Shown here piece after piece: positions 11,246 through 23,730 of a stretch of 64,000 nt of DNA (positions are counted from its first letter, which is position 1; every line of letters starts with the position of its first letter). The notes under the pieces were generated by a model. It made no database searches. It was not told the origin of the DNA and saw only the letters and a list, made by a program, of their open reading frames with translations. The position numbers and the translations under genes are program-made. The stretch is from Flectonema sp. DT1601 (taxonomy: Eukaryota). The stretch lies in contig OZ025784.1 in NCBI GenBank assembly GCA_964019425.1, positions 806,001 through 870,000 of the forward strand, read 5' to 3'.

Positions 11246-14200
11246 GAAAATGATCTGAGCCGTCGATGGTTCAAATTGTTTTTGGAGCGACTTTTCCTTC
11301 TTCTTCCTCATCAACATCAACATCATCATCTTGTTGTTGATAAACTTTCAGTTCCTTCGTTTGTTGTCCTCGTCACTCATTGGCTCTTGTTAGGCCAGAT
11401 ATTAAAAAAAAAAAAGTATTAATCGACTTGTTTTCATTTTTTTTATTTTTTATAAACATTGCACGCAGGGATTGCTCGGAGTAACTTCACCCATTTGAAA
11501 ATCTCCTGACAACCTGCCTGCATCGGGTTTTGGGGTTTTGGGGTTCTTTTTTCTTTGTACATATAACCGGAAGTCATTTTCACCTAATTTAATATCTTCC
11601 GGGTACTGCTTTAATTTGTTCTGTTTTGTTAATTTTCTTGAAAAGAATACTTGCCCTCCATAATAGCGACTGTACTTCCTGTCTCGATCGTCCTATCCCA
11701 TACCCATACCCACCAAAAAAATAAGTAAATAAATAAATAAATAATAATAATAATGATTTAAAAAAAAAAAAAGTAATAACTTCACCGAACTTACTTTCTT
11801 GATGTTTTTTCTCAATTTCGCGCGTCCCAATCTACCCCTCCTTTTTCAGGTGTACAGTCGCTGAATGATATTAGTGTCTTGCCTTTTCTTTTTTCCCTTT
11901 CCCTTTTCCTTTTTTTATTATTTTTCTTTTGTTTTTTTCTTTTCAACACACTCGCAAGTAGAAACCCTTCTTCCCTTTCCTCATCGTTGAGTAACTTTTC
12001 ACACTCAACTCACCGTTTTGATCTCATTAGGGTAGAGGGGGAATACTTGCACGGAGTTTATCTTGATATTCATTTTAGTTTTTACACGCAATGCTTCACT
12101 TTTCTTAATTGGGTGGTGGTATATGTTTTTTTCTCGTAAGGTTGGAAAGAAAGGAAATTGTCCGATTTTCCGTCGGTTGGCGTGTCTGTGGAAAGATCTG
12201 TTTTGTTGGAGGAGGTTGTATGTTTCCTTTTCTGGTTTTCTTTTTTTTTTTTTGTGAGATGTGGTTTTTAGGATGTTTATTTATCCTTTTTTTTTGGGTG
12301 TCCTTGTGTTGGATTCCAAAATGCAAATAAAATAAAATGAATTCCTTTTGCTTTCTTTCTTCTGCATTCTAATCAGTCCAGTGACCGTCGGTCCTGTCTT
12401 GATTAGTTTTGTGGTTGTCAGAAAGAAATGACCGTGTTCCCTTTTGCCCCCGTGTTGCGGGAGGTTTGTTTCCGTTTTATTTTTTGGGGAAAGAGATGAA
12501 CCAAGCTGTGGCAGCGACTTTTTTCTTTTCATTTTTGGCTTCTGTTTGTGTGATGTGTCACAACAACTGAGAGGAGCCAACCTGTCAGTGTTGTTGTGTA
12601 TTCCGCAGACGGATTCGATTCCATCTCATTTTGGAGATGAGAGAGATGGAAGTCGATTATATTTATTTGGGTCTGCTGTTAGCACAGTTGTACTCTTTTT
12701 GTGATTTCATGTATCTTGTTGGTCATGTCTGCTTTGCTTGGTTTCATCGCTTCTGCACGGTCCGAATTCAAGACTGCTGCTTGTTGGGTTTAGAGCAGTG
12801 GGTCTAATTAGTTGATAATTTGTTGAATGTGTGTTCCCATTATTTATTATCATCATCATCGTTCTTCCCTCAGTTCCTCTGCGAAGTCGCGGAGGGGTAT
12901 GAGGAAAATGATAAATGTGATGATGATGATGAAGATGATGGGTTTTTCTTGAAAACATGTGTATTCCCTGCTTCTGTGGGTGTTTGCTTTGTTTTCTTCC
13001 CTTTCCGTTGAATATTAATTTACACTATTCTTTTTCCCCCCTTTTTTTTTTGTATTTGTTGTTGTTATTGTTAACATTATAGTACACAACACAACACGCA
13101 AAAACACATGCTCTCTCTTCTTCCTGTCTTCTCATGTATGTTGAAGTGTTAGGTTGGAGGGAAATCACCATCTGGCTTCTCGTTCTTCGTTTCCTCCGTT
13201 TTCGGAGTGGTTGAAGGAGAGGCAATTAATCCTTTTTTAGGCTTATGTCCTTGTTTTGAGTTTTGTTTTGTTTTTTTAGTTTTTTTTTATTTTCATCAGT
13301 TCACTTTATATCGAATATTTGATTGTTAGTTTTTGAGAAGTAAATGTGTTTTGAGTGATCTCCGTTGAAGATAGGGATCGTTGAAAAAGTGTTTTCTTTT
13401 TTTGTTTATTTTACCGTTGATGTGCCTTTCTTGGACAGCTTCGGGTGCATACAACCAACTCCCTCATTTTTAATCTTCTTCAGCAATACCCTTCCTTTTG
13501 TTTTTTAATTGTAGCCTTACATTATCATTACACCAACCTCCCCAGTTGAAGCATTGCAAGTTCTACATTTCAAAAGAATATCTGAATCTGTAAAGTGTGT
13601 TGGGTCCCTTTTTTCCTGTTTTTCCTTTATTCTTATTTTGTTCCATCTCTTTTTTCCTTCAACTGTTTATCCTCGTTTTTCTCTTTTCGAGTACAGGATA
13701 AAGAAGGAAGTGAGGTGATGGCAATGAGGCAAGGAATAAAGTGTTTTTCTTAAAAAAAATAAAAATAAAGTAAGTAACATGGGGAAACTTCCCTGAAAAA
13801 AAAAAAAAAAAAAAAAAGGGGTTCAACTCCCCGCTAATCAAAAAAAAAAAACAAACAAATAAATAAAATAAAAAAATAATAAGTAGCAGGGGAACCTCCC
13901 TGTGCAATCTTTAAAAAAAATAAAAAAATGGAGTTCTGCTCTCTCGCAAACACATTTGCTTCGCATGTTTGTTGTTCTTCAGTTATTTTTACTTCACAGG
14001 AACAACAACAACAAAGGAAAATCGATCTGAAATGTTCAGTTTCTTACCGGCTGTTGACCGTACGTTAGTAAGATAAACGTGTTTTGGTGTCATCAAAAAA
14101 AACTGGTATATACAGCTAACGACAAAGGTCGCCCCCCCTCCCTGGTGTTCGTTGGCTATAGTTAGGTTATCGAGATATAACTGCTAACGGTAGTAACATA

Positions 14201-14366
14201 GGCAAGAGGCGCTTAACTATGTTCACGTGGCTTCAAGAGGCAACTCAAATATGTCCATACATACTGCGTCAATTATTATTATTATTTGTTCCCCTTTCAG
14301 TGTTTTTTTTTTGTGTTTTTTTTTGTGTTTTTGTTTGCTGTTTTTTTCTTCTCAACCTAACAAAAA

Positions 14367-15494
14367 ATGACTCGCTTAGACTCAACCATGTCTCTTGATG
14401 AATTGCAGTCAATCGACGATTTGAGAATTAAAAAAATTCAGCCACTACTCCCACCGAGTATCCTTCTTGATGAGGTACCTCTTTCAACAGAGGGAGAAGC
14501 TACTGTTGTCGCGGGAAGACAAGCTGTTACTAGAGCAATTACTGGTAAAGATGATAGGTTAATTGTAGTTGTTGGACCGTGTTCGATTCACGACACAAAA
14601 GCTGGAATGGAATACGCTGAGAAATTAAAAGTAATGGCAGACGAGTTCAAACGGGATTTGATTATTGTCATGAGGGTTTATTTTGAAAAACCTCGAACGA
14701 TAGTTGGATGGAAAGGACTGATAAATGACCCAGACCTCAATGGAACATTTAAGATTAATAAAGGTCTCAGACAGGCAAGAGGTTTCTTAGCCAAAGTAAA
14801 CGAGTTGGGATTACCCTGCGGATGTGAATTCTTAGATACGATTTCACCACAATTCTTTGCAGATCTTGTTAGTTGGGGTGCTATCGGTGCTAGAACAACT
14901 GAATCACAGATTCACAGAGAACTATCATCAGGTTTATCGATGCCTGTTGGTTTTAAAAACAGCACTGCGGGTGACATTCAGATTGCTTGTGACGCAGTTC
15001 AGTCGTCGAAGCATCCTCACACTTTCTTATCAGTTACAAAGCAAGGATTATCAGCTATTGTTCACACCACAGGAAATCCTTATTGCACTATCATCCTAAG
15101 AGGGTCATCCACTGGTACGAATTACGATAAAGAATCAGTTACAAAATGTGTTGAAAGTTTAAAAAAGAGAAATGTTGAATACCCAAAAGTGATCATCGAC
15201 TGTAGTCATGGTAACAGTGGAAAACTATGTAAGAATCAACCAACTGTAGCAGAAGCAGTTGCTTCTCAGCTGGCTAACGGTTCATATGATGTAGCAGGAG
15301 TTATGATTGAAAGTTTTATTGAAGAGGGAAATCAAAAACTTCCGTCACCTCCGGGTGAGAACCCAAGGAACTCATTGGTTTTTGGAAAATCAATCACTGA
15401 TGAATGCATTGACTTAGAGACTACTCATCAGGTTCTTAAGAAACTATCTGAAGGTGTTCGTCAAAGAAGAAAAAGAAAGTTTAGCGAAGAATAG
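14367..15494 (+). CDS. aroG: Class I (AroF/G/H-like) DAHP synthase, phospho-2-dehydro-3-deoxyheptonate aldolase
   Basis: Motifs VVGPCSIHD, RVYFEKPRT..GWKGLINDP, IGARTTESQ.HRELSSGLSMPVGFKN, IDCSHGNS, GVMIES, SITDEC. Confidence 0.96.
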   Translation: MTRLDSTMSLDELQSIDDLRIKKIQPLLPPSILLDEVPLSTEGEATVVAGRQAVTRAITGKDDRLIVVVGPCSIHDTKAGMEYAEKLKVMADEFKRDLIIVMRVYFEKPRTIVGWKGLINDPDLNGTFKINKGLRQARGFLAKVNELGLPCGCEFLDTISPQFFADLVSWGAIGARTTESQIHRELSSGLSMPVGFKNSTAGDIQIACDAVQSSKHPHTFLSVTKQGLSAIVHTTGNPYCTIILRGSSTGTNYDKESVTKCVESLKKRNVEYPKVIIDCSHGNSGKLCKNQPTVAEAVASQLANGSYDVAGVMIESFIEEGNQKLPSPPGENPRNSLVFGKSITDECIDLETTHQVLKKLSEGVRQRRKRKFSEE

Positions 15495-16666
15495 AAACAA
15501 ATGTCTCTGTTGAGTTAAAAAGCCACGATTATTTGCTCCAGGCGTTAGCTTCTTAGGAATTACTGTGTGCTAATATTTTTTTGTTTTGTTTTTTTTCTGT
15601 GGATGTGTTCCTTTTACAGGTGGTTTATTGCCGATTCCTCAGAAAACCTTTTTCCCTTTTTATAGCATATTATATTATGTGTGGATTTTTTTTCATTTTT
15701 TTTTCTTTTTGTTTTTTTTCAATTTATTGCAGGCTAGTCAACGCGACTTTTTTTTGCGTTTTTTTAATCTTTTCGAAATTTCCTCCCTGCCGCGCCTGCA
15801 GCAGCAACAATTTGCGCCGCGGTGCAATTCTGCGGCCCTTAAAAAGAAAAAAGAAACCAAATTGAATTTTTTTTTCCCCCGTCTTATCTTTTTTCCTTTT
15901 AAAAAAAAAAAATTCGAAACTTGGTGCTTTTCGCACTGGAAATATTTGGAGGCAAGCTGATTAGCCTTTTATTGTTTTTATTAAGAGAATAGAACGGGAA
16001 CAAAAAAAAAAAAAAAAAAAAAAAAAGAAATTCGCTGTATAGCATAGTATATGTACCAGCTGGGAGGGGGATATGTAGAAAATAACAAATGAAATAAAAT
16101 AAAAAAAACTAGTAGGTATTTAAAATCACTGTAAAAAAAAAAACAGGAATAATTATCGTGAGAATTTTTATTCTCAGGTGGGAACTTTTAGTTCTCTCGA
16201 TCTCAATTCTCTCGTTGTTGAAATTTAAAAAAAACAACAACAAAGACGACTTAGTTTTTTTTTATTTATTTTTTTATTTTCTTTCTTCCCCCCTGCCTCT
16301 CCCTTTGTTCCCTTTTTACGTTTTTTTTTAGATTTATCTTTTTTTAATAATCTTACTAAAAGATTAATAATGAAAATGTTTTTTTTTTATTTTTGTAACT
16401 AACTAATTTAAATTTAATACAGGTAAAGGTTTTTTGAGTATGTTGCAACTGCGAAAAAAAAGCAAAAAAAACGTGTTGTGTGTTGTAAAGGGGTTTTCTG
16501 ATTTCCGACTAGCAGCGCCAAGCCCTATGCAAGTGATTCTTTAACCCCCTTATTATACTTCACTCCCCTCAGGAATTACTGAACAAGATCAAAGCCTCAA
16601 TTATATTTTAAAGAAGACTGTTTATACGATTTTAAGACAATTTCTTTTCCTTCCAGTTAATTTTTA

Positions 16667-18361
16667 ATGACATCTCTACCGATAGTGTTGTTGCTATTGG
16701 TTATATTTGTGTCTAAGGTAGAATGCAGTGTCGGGTGTGAGGAGTTCACCATTCTGAAATCGAACGACTACGTTGTTTGTTGGAATATAACCAACGGTAC
16801 GGAAATAGAAATAAGTTTTGAAGTTTTGACTCAAGGATGGATTGGATTTGGGTTATCAGATCCGAATACTGGAGGGATGTTGGGTTCTGACATTGTCACA
16901 ATAGAAACTGACGATAACGGGACTGCAATAGCCGTTGATAGATTCACCAATGGAAGTTATTCATCACCAGTTTCTGATTGCAATCAAGACTGGGAATTAC
17001 TCTCATTCACTTCTAACAATGGTTACATATCGTGTTCTCTAAAGAGACTGATTGACAGTTCTGACTCACAAGATCGTTCCTTTTCATTGTTAAAGAGCAA
17101 TCGAATCATAATGTCATATTCTGCTGATGATAGCCCGTTCTTTTCATATCATGAAAACAATAGACTGATGGGAGAGTTGAGTTTAAACTCGATCAGTGAT
17201 GGCAGTAGTTCTGATTTAGAGTTCGATAAAAAAGTTGTTTTGTCATTCGAATCACACAACGTCACGAGTGATGATCTAACTTTTTGTAAACATTTCGATT
17301 TATCAGATTTTTTAGAACTGAACTACAGCAGATGGGTATCAACAATTCAAATTTCAATGAGTCCAGTTACCACCGTGTCCTTGTACAGGTGTACTCAATC
17401 ACCTAACGCCTCACTTTCAAATGTTTCATTTAGTTGTACTGACGAATATCCTTTTGATGAAGAATGTGTTGAGCTCGAATATATTTGGAATGGGGGTGAT
17501 CGTTATTTTAATTTTCCAAATGAAAGTGGAATTCCTTTCGGTAGCAACAACAACAGCAGCAGCACTCGTATTCTGGTTAAGCAAACACACGTACCTCCTG
17601 AGACTTTCGGTTTTTATTCTGGTTCTGAAGTTTCTCTTTATTTTTCTAAAAAATCAAAAATGAAAAAAAATGCATCAATTTTTCAAGTCGGAAACCCAAC
17701 AGGTCTCTCTGGAAATACTATTTTCACTAATGATACGATCCAGTCAAGTTGCGTGAGTCAATGCACGTCTTTGTTTGTTTCAAATATCTCAGTTTTTGCA
17801 TTAATGTTCGTCGGTTCTGCAGAGCATAATACCGGTTCTCAAATTTTTATTGAAAAAATTTCGTTGGATGGAAATGTTACTTCTGTTAAAATCGATTATT
17901 TTATTCCGTTGATTAATCAGTACGTCTTTGTCGATTGGACGATATCCCCTGGTGATGACCTGCATGTTAGATGCAACGGTAATGAAAATTCATCTTGTGG
18001 AGCGTATTTGTACACTACTGCAGGATATAGCAATCCATCATTGTGTAACACCCATGACGATGGAGTGATCGAGTGCCTCGGATCGAATGGCACGAGGCTA
18101 ACCTCTGATGGATACAGTCTTGATAAACCGATAGTGATGATTGATAATCTTGAATTGACTTTTGGAAATGATAGATCGTGTTTGGGTAAGAGAATTTATG
18201 ACTTCGTTTTATACGATCTGTTGGTTGCATTGTTATATCCAGCGTTCATGATTCAGCTATTCGTGGTTGCTAGTATTGTTAGGTGCATTAAAACAAAATG
18301 TAAGAAAACCACTTTTAACGATCCAGAACAACTACATGAAATGAATAAAATCTCTTTTTAA
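16667..18361 (+). CDS. DOMON + copper type II monooxygenase-like (MOXD1/DBH-like) type I membrane protein, Cu ligands apparently lost
   Basis: Signal peptide; DOMON (GWIGFGLS..GGMLGSD..QDWELL..DSQD..YH); FPNESGIPFG and PGDDL.VRC monooxygenase-like motifs; C-terminal TM helix. Confidence 0.8.
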   Translation: MTSLPIVLLLLVIFVSKVECSVGCEEFTILKSNDYVVCWNITNGTEIEISFEVLTQGWIGFGLSDPNTGGMLGSDIVTIETDDNGTAIAVDRFTNGSYSSPVSDCNQDWELLSFTSNNGYISCSLKRLIDSSDSQDRSFSLLKSNRIIMSYSADDSPFFSYHENNRLMGELSLNSISDGSSSDLEFDKKVVLSFESHNVTSDDLTFCKHFDLSDFLELNYSRWVSTIQISMSPVTTVSLYRCTQSPNASLSNVSFSCTDEYPFDEECVELEYIWNGGDRYFNFPNESGIPFGSNNNSSSTRILVKQTHVPPETFGFYSGSEVSLYFSKKSKMKKNASIFQVGNPTGLSGNTIFTNDTIQSSCVSQCTSLFVSNISVFALMFVGSAEHNTGSQIFIEKISLDGNVTSVKIDYFIPLINQYVFVDWTISPGDDLHVRCNGNENSSCGAYLYTTAGYSNPSLCNTHDDGVIECLGSNGTRLTSDGYSLDKPIVMIDNLELTFGNDRSCLGKRIYDFVLYDLLVALLYPAFMIQLFVVASIVRCIKTKCKKTTFNDPEQLHEMNKISF

Positions 18362-20266
18362 GATTACAGAATAAACCAAAGAATAGATTCATTGGTCGAT
18401 CAACAGAAATATATATTTTCGAAAGATCGCCCTACCGTTTTTTTTATCGCTCTCTCCATATTCTTTTTTTTTCCTCCCTCTCTTTTTGTTCCCTGACAGG
18501 TCTGCGTTCGGCGTGTTAAATTAAAATTAAGATCTAATACTTATGCCTTGATATGGTTTTAGACTACGTCGTTCGTTGGCAGAGAATCTCCTTCCTGTTG
18601 ACTGTCATTGTTTTGTTTATCATCATTTTGGGTATGTTAATACTCGAATTGTCCCCCTCTCCACTAGCAATTGTTGCTAACAACTTTTTTTTATAAAGAT
18701 TGTTTATTTCTTGACGAGACTATAGGTGAAACCTACACACTGTCGTATTACATTATACCCTGGTTTTGGTTTCCCAGGGCTCACAATTAATTCGTAATTG
18801 AATAACTCGATTCCGTACTGCACTGAATGACAACAAATATCAATAATATGAACTTATCAACTAATATTAAATTCATCTATGAAGGCTGCGACATCTGCTG
18901 GCAAGCTCCGTGACACCAAATCACGTCAACCACATTAAAAAAAAATGTCATTCTGAGGACATCCCACGTCTCTTGGGTATCTGAGCGCCTTGCATACTAA
19001 TCGCACGCAAGAAATATTCTGCTGCTTTCGCATGTTCGGAAAAAGAGTAGAAACATTGATTATAATGTAGAGCAAGTACGTCAATCGCAGAGTGTTAGCC
19101 TGTATTAACATTTTTAGTCACTTGTGTCATGAGTTTTTTTAATTTTATTATTGAGTTCTGATACAATGCAGAGATTTATATTCGTACGAACCTAATCAAA
19201 CAGTCTTCCCCCCTCCTCATATCTCCTGATGTTTTATCAGGAGGATGAGACGTAATTGTTATTCATGCATCTTGCAACAAAGAAAATTGTTGTGAGAAAT
19301 GTCATGTTTTTTTTTTTTTTTTTGTGTGTTCTGCGATGTCTGAAGGGAGTTTGGGAAAGCAATAAAATCTTTCCTAAACTCTTTTTTTTTTTTTTTTTTT
19401 TGACAGCGCATTCAGCGTTTTTTGTTTAAATTATCATTTTACCGTTTTTTTTTTTTTTGCATTTAACAAGTATTGTAAGAACAAAAAAGAATGTTGGCAG
19501 CACACGTAAACCTCCTTTAGCTTTATCAGTTTAAGTCGGTTCACGGTTTCGTGCACAAACAAAAAACCGCAGTGTTATATCATTATTTTCTGTATAGTTG
19601 AAGTTAAAGCCAATTCTTTTTTTTTTTTTTTTTTTTTTTTCGTTCCCACTTGCGCAACCTGGTGGAGGATCGATCTCCCCCTTCGTTTAAATCACGTTGT
19701 GAATATTACGATTATTGTTTTGCACGTGATGATAATTAAACAGCAACTTGGGAGGTCGGATACCATTTTTTTCCCTATTCTTTTTTCTTCTTCTTTCGAA
19801 TGAAATATACCTGTGTCGGCGTTTACTTTTTTATGGGAAATTTGTTTTCCTTCGTTTGCGTTCAAAAAAAAATGCAAAAAAAAAAAAGTGTGAGAGTTAT
19901 TTAGTGCGGTGCTGATCTTTTTTCATGACAAAAAAAACAATCCAAAACCGGATTGTGTCCTCTGTTGCTGTGAGTTACCCTCCTAGAGAACACTGTAATT
20001 TCATATAACATACTTGTACCTCCTTTAGAAGGGGGTAAATTTCCAAAAATAAAGCAGAAATGTTAATTATTTCTCGTTTATTATCCCAATTTAATGAAAA
20101 ATAAAAAGGTGGGAAAATTAAAGGGGGGGGGCTATTGAAAGCTCTCCTTTATTCTTTTTCCCTCTTTTTTTTCAATTTTTTTTTCACCCCCCATTCAAAA
20201 GGGGTGCAAGTATAGTATAACTAACGTACTTTTTTCTTTCATTAACAAATTTTGTTTTTTTTAATA

Positions 20267-20373
20267 TCTTATCGTCTGTGAGAGTCTCGCGGTTGCTGGT
20301 AGCTATATAATTGTTACCCTAACTGTGAGCTTTTCCTGGCTTTTGGCTTCCTAGGCTTCGTAAATAAATAATA
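20267..20373 (+). mobile_element. Short 3'-end fragment of the LINE at 45144-45908, with (TAAA)n tail
   Basis: tcttatcgtctgtgagagtctc..ggcttcctaggcttcgtaaataaataata matches 45783-45890. Confidence 0.8.
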
Positions 20374-21576
20374 CCAAAAGTTGTTGCTGTTTTTTACATT
20401 GTCAGAAGTCTCACTCTCTTTTAAAAAGGGAGTGACAAGTATGACATAACTACCAAATTCTCAAAAGATATTTTTGTCTTTACGATGGTTTCAACCGATT
20501 TTCTTTTGAAAAACCTTTCGATCTGAATTTGCGAATTTAGTTTTTTTCTTTTTCCATTTTTTTTTTCTTTTTTTTTTCCTCACCATCTTTTTAATAATAG
20601 CATAGCGTAGTCTAATGATTGCATGGAAACGATTTTTTCAATATAAAGAGGAGTTTTTTTTCTTTCTTTTTTTTTTTTTAGGTAAAAATAAATCTTATAA
20701 ACTACTAGACCAACCAACTGTTTTTGTATCGCATCCCGAGAAGAACATTATCTTACTTCGCGTGTGATTTTTACGGTTTTATGTTGGAAAATTCTTTCCT
20801 TCCACTTCCTCAATTTTCTTTCTTCTTTTTTTTTTTCCAGAAAATATTACCTTCGATTTGTAAAAATAAATAAATATTTTTATTTGGCAGCTGATTTTCG
20901 GTTGAATTCCTTCTGTCCTCCACCTCTTCTATCTTTAGGTGACTTATTTTATTCATTATTTTCTCTTTTTTTTTTGTGTCTGAAGATCTGCAAACAATCG
21001 AGATGTGTATGCAGCTAAGTTAAAAAAAAACTTACGTTCTATTACAGAGTGAATCCATGAACTAATGTTGTTTCATGATACAATAATACATTTGTATTTT
21101 ACGTACAAAATCAAACGGTTTTCCTCCCCCACTTCTTCTTTTTTTCTTTTGTTGTTGTTGTGTGTAAGATCTACAAAACGATCGCCCTAAAGATAGATAT
21201 GTGAAAAATAGACAACTCTGTATTCCACAAGTGTATTATGGAACAGCAGAACAATGTGTTTTTTTAATTTTTCTTTGTTATATTTTATTTTAGTGCACTT
21301 TTTTATAATAAACTCAAATTACAACTCTGGATCACCCTAAAGATAAATATGTGAAGAATAGACAACTCTGTATTGGTACAAATTTGAATTCAACTTCACA
21401 TTAAAATGAATTTTTAGACTATCCTCGAAACGTTACTAACTAGCTTATAATTGGAACGTTTTCTCTTTTTTTTCTTCTTCTTCCAGAAAAACAAACAAAC
21501 AAACGAAATCTCTCACGTGTTATTTGGACAAGACTTACTTTAATTTATTCAACAGCGACAATAACAAAAAAAAACA

Positions 21577-22554
21577 ATGCCGGGTAAGAAAGCTGCAATC
21601 ACAAAAACTGCCAAGAGGGCTTTGTCAGAAACGACACCTGCTAAGAAGACAGCTAAGGTGGAAAGTCAATACCCAGTTGATGGACTTATTAAGGGTTCAA
21701 GTCACCCTCTCGTGAAGGATATCAGATCAGCCTATGTAGGAAATGTCATCAACAGTGAGAAGCAATGGAATATTATTTCTTGGAATGTAAACGGACTGAA
21801 GGCACTCACTGCTAAGTTTGATGCCCTCGGAACACTTTGTAAGACTGAAAATCCTGACGTTGTTTGCCTTCAGGAAATCAAAATGGACGACTCACAAGTT
21901 GTGAAATACAACAATATAGTCGACGGGTATCAAATTTCATGGAATTGTTGTCAAGCAAGAAAAGGTTACAGTGGAACTGCGTGTTTAATTAGAAATGATG
22001 TTTTTAAAGACGTTCAGGTATCAACCAGTGAAATACCACCTGAGTTTAATGAAGAAGGTCGTCTTCAAACTATTGAATTTGATACTTTTTATTTGATTAA
22101 TACGTACGTTCCCAACTCTGGATCAAAGCTTGAGCGTCTTGATTACCGAGTTGATGAATGGGATGTAATGCTCAGAGAGTACATAACTAAATTAAGAAAG
22201 ACTAAAAATGTCATTTGGACTGGAGATCTCAACGTCAGTCATCAAGAAATTGATTTGAAAAATCCAAAAAACAACCACAAAACTTCTGGATTCACTCCTC
22301 AGGAAAGAAATAGTTTCTCAACAACACTGGAATCAGGTTTTATCGACACTTTCAGAGAACTTCATCCGAATGAGAGGGATTTCTTCTCTTATTGGGGATA
22401 CAGACAAAACTGCAGACCTCGTAACGTTGGATGGAGACTCGACTACTTTGTTGTAAACAAAGACTTCTACCCAAAAGTATCTGCCTCAAGCATCCTTCCT
22501 GCCTATCTGGGATCCGATCACTGTCCTATTCAGCTGGTAGCTAGTAAGTCTTAA
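21577..22554 (+). CDS. APE1: AP endonuclease / exodeoxyribonuclease III (APE1-like)
   Basis: SWNVNG, CLQE, GYSG, EGR, YVPNSG, GDLN, RLDYF and SDHCP motifs; basic N-terminal tail. Confidence 0.96.
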   Translation: MPGKKAAITKTAKRALSETTPAKKTAKVESQYPVDGLIKGSSHPLVKDIRSAYVGNVINSEKQWNIISWNVNGLKALTAKFDALGTLCKTENPDVVCLQEIKMDDSQVVKYNNIVDGYQISWNCCQARKGYSGTACLIRNDVFKDVQVSTSEIPPEFNEEGRLQTIEFDTFYLINTYVPNSGSKLERLDYRVDEWDVMLREYITKLRKTKNVIWTGDLNVSHQEIDLKNPKNNHKTSGFTPQERNSFSTTLESGFIDTFRELHPNERDFFSYWGYRQNCRPRNVGWRLDYFVVNKDFYPKVSASSILPAYLGSDHCPIQLVASKS

Positions 22555-23046
22555 GAAACCTTATTACTAAAGTGAATAGAACCACCTGCCTTAGACGGTA
22601 GTATTCCTGTCGACAACTTGCAGACAGGTGAAATGTTTGACTTATCGAGTAAGACGACTTTGATGTCACTGTTTAGCTGTACCCCTCCCGTCTCGCAGTA
22701 TCTGCTTTTCGAAAAGAGCTGCAGTTTCCATCTGTTTGAAAAAAAAAAAAAAAAAAAGAAACTCACCCAATGTATTTTCGAAAATCGATTTTTTCTTTTT
22801 TTTTTTTTTTGTGTGTTCTCTTTTTATATGTTGGTGTAGAAAAAAAAAAAACAAAAAATAACACTTCAGCGTTGCCTATAAATTTATCCTACTCACTGGT
22901 GAGCGCTATGTGTAAATCAAAAACAGTGATTCGTGTTCTAATTTTTTTCTTCTAGCCACTAGATAACAAAAATAGCCCCCCCCCTTGTAACGTTCGTACT
23001 CCTTAAGGAAGAAAGGAAAATAATAATATTTAACTAAAGTAGATCA

Positions 23047-23268
23047 ATGGATCAAGTGATGAACACATCGAGACAAAATTCTTTGGAATTAACATCTGAG
23101 TTGAGTGAGTTGCGTAAAGAAATAGAAAGATGTTCGGTAGATCTACACGCGGCAAGATTAACAGCAACGAACAACAACACCACTGCTATGGCTCTACAGA
23201 ATGATATACTCGGAGGGAAGGAATGGGTGAGTTCAACTGCAATTGGAGATCCAATTTTAACAGATTGA
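23047..23268 (+). CDS. Short hypothetical coiled-coil ORF (73 aa), possibly a gene fragment
   Basis: ATG-initiated, on the gene-bearing strand, protein-like composition (SLELTSELSELRKEIE). Confidence 0.3.
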   Translation: MDQVMNTSRQNSLELTSELSELRKEIERCSVDLHAARLTATNNNTTAMALQNDILGGKEWVSSTAIGDPILTD

Positions 23269-23730
23269 ATTGTCATCAAAGTTTAGTGACGGGTCACTCT
23301 TCAAATATATACAACCTGACAACTGACAAAAAGAGAACAAACCCGTTCTTCAAATTCATGGGGAGCTACTCCGACTAAAGTACCTCTTTTTTTTTTGTTG
23401 TAGTTGTTATTTCATGTGAGAGAGATTTATTTATTTACTGCTAAAATGGAAGTATTTACTTGCGTGTGAAAAAAAAACCGCACCAATTTCCAAATCTGCA
23501 AAAAAAAAAAAAAAACTGCACTAATTTTTTTCCACGCAGTAATATTTCTACTTTGCGGTCATCATTTTTTCTGGTAGACAATCTGGACAATCATGTTTAC
23601 GGTAGACTTCAGTAGTATTCATATACCATGAGAGTTTTTTAAATAATACCTTTTTTTTTTTTTTTGTTGTTGAAGAAACTAATCAGAAAAAATAATAATC
23701 AAAAAAAAAAAAAAAAATAAAATAAATAAG

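Noticed and set aside
11525..11546. GGGGTTTT telomere-like motif
   Set aside because: Only about two units; expected by chance in T-rich DNA
11879..13907. Numerous F/K-rich short ORFs here and in other intergenic regions
   Set aside because: Translations of poly-T/poly-A tracts
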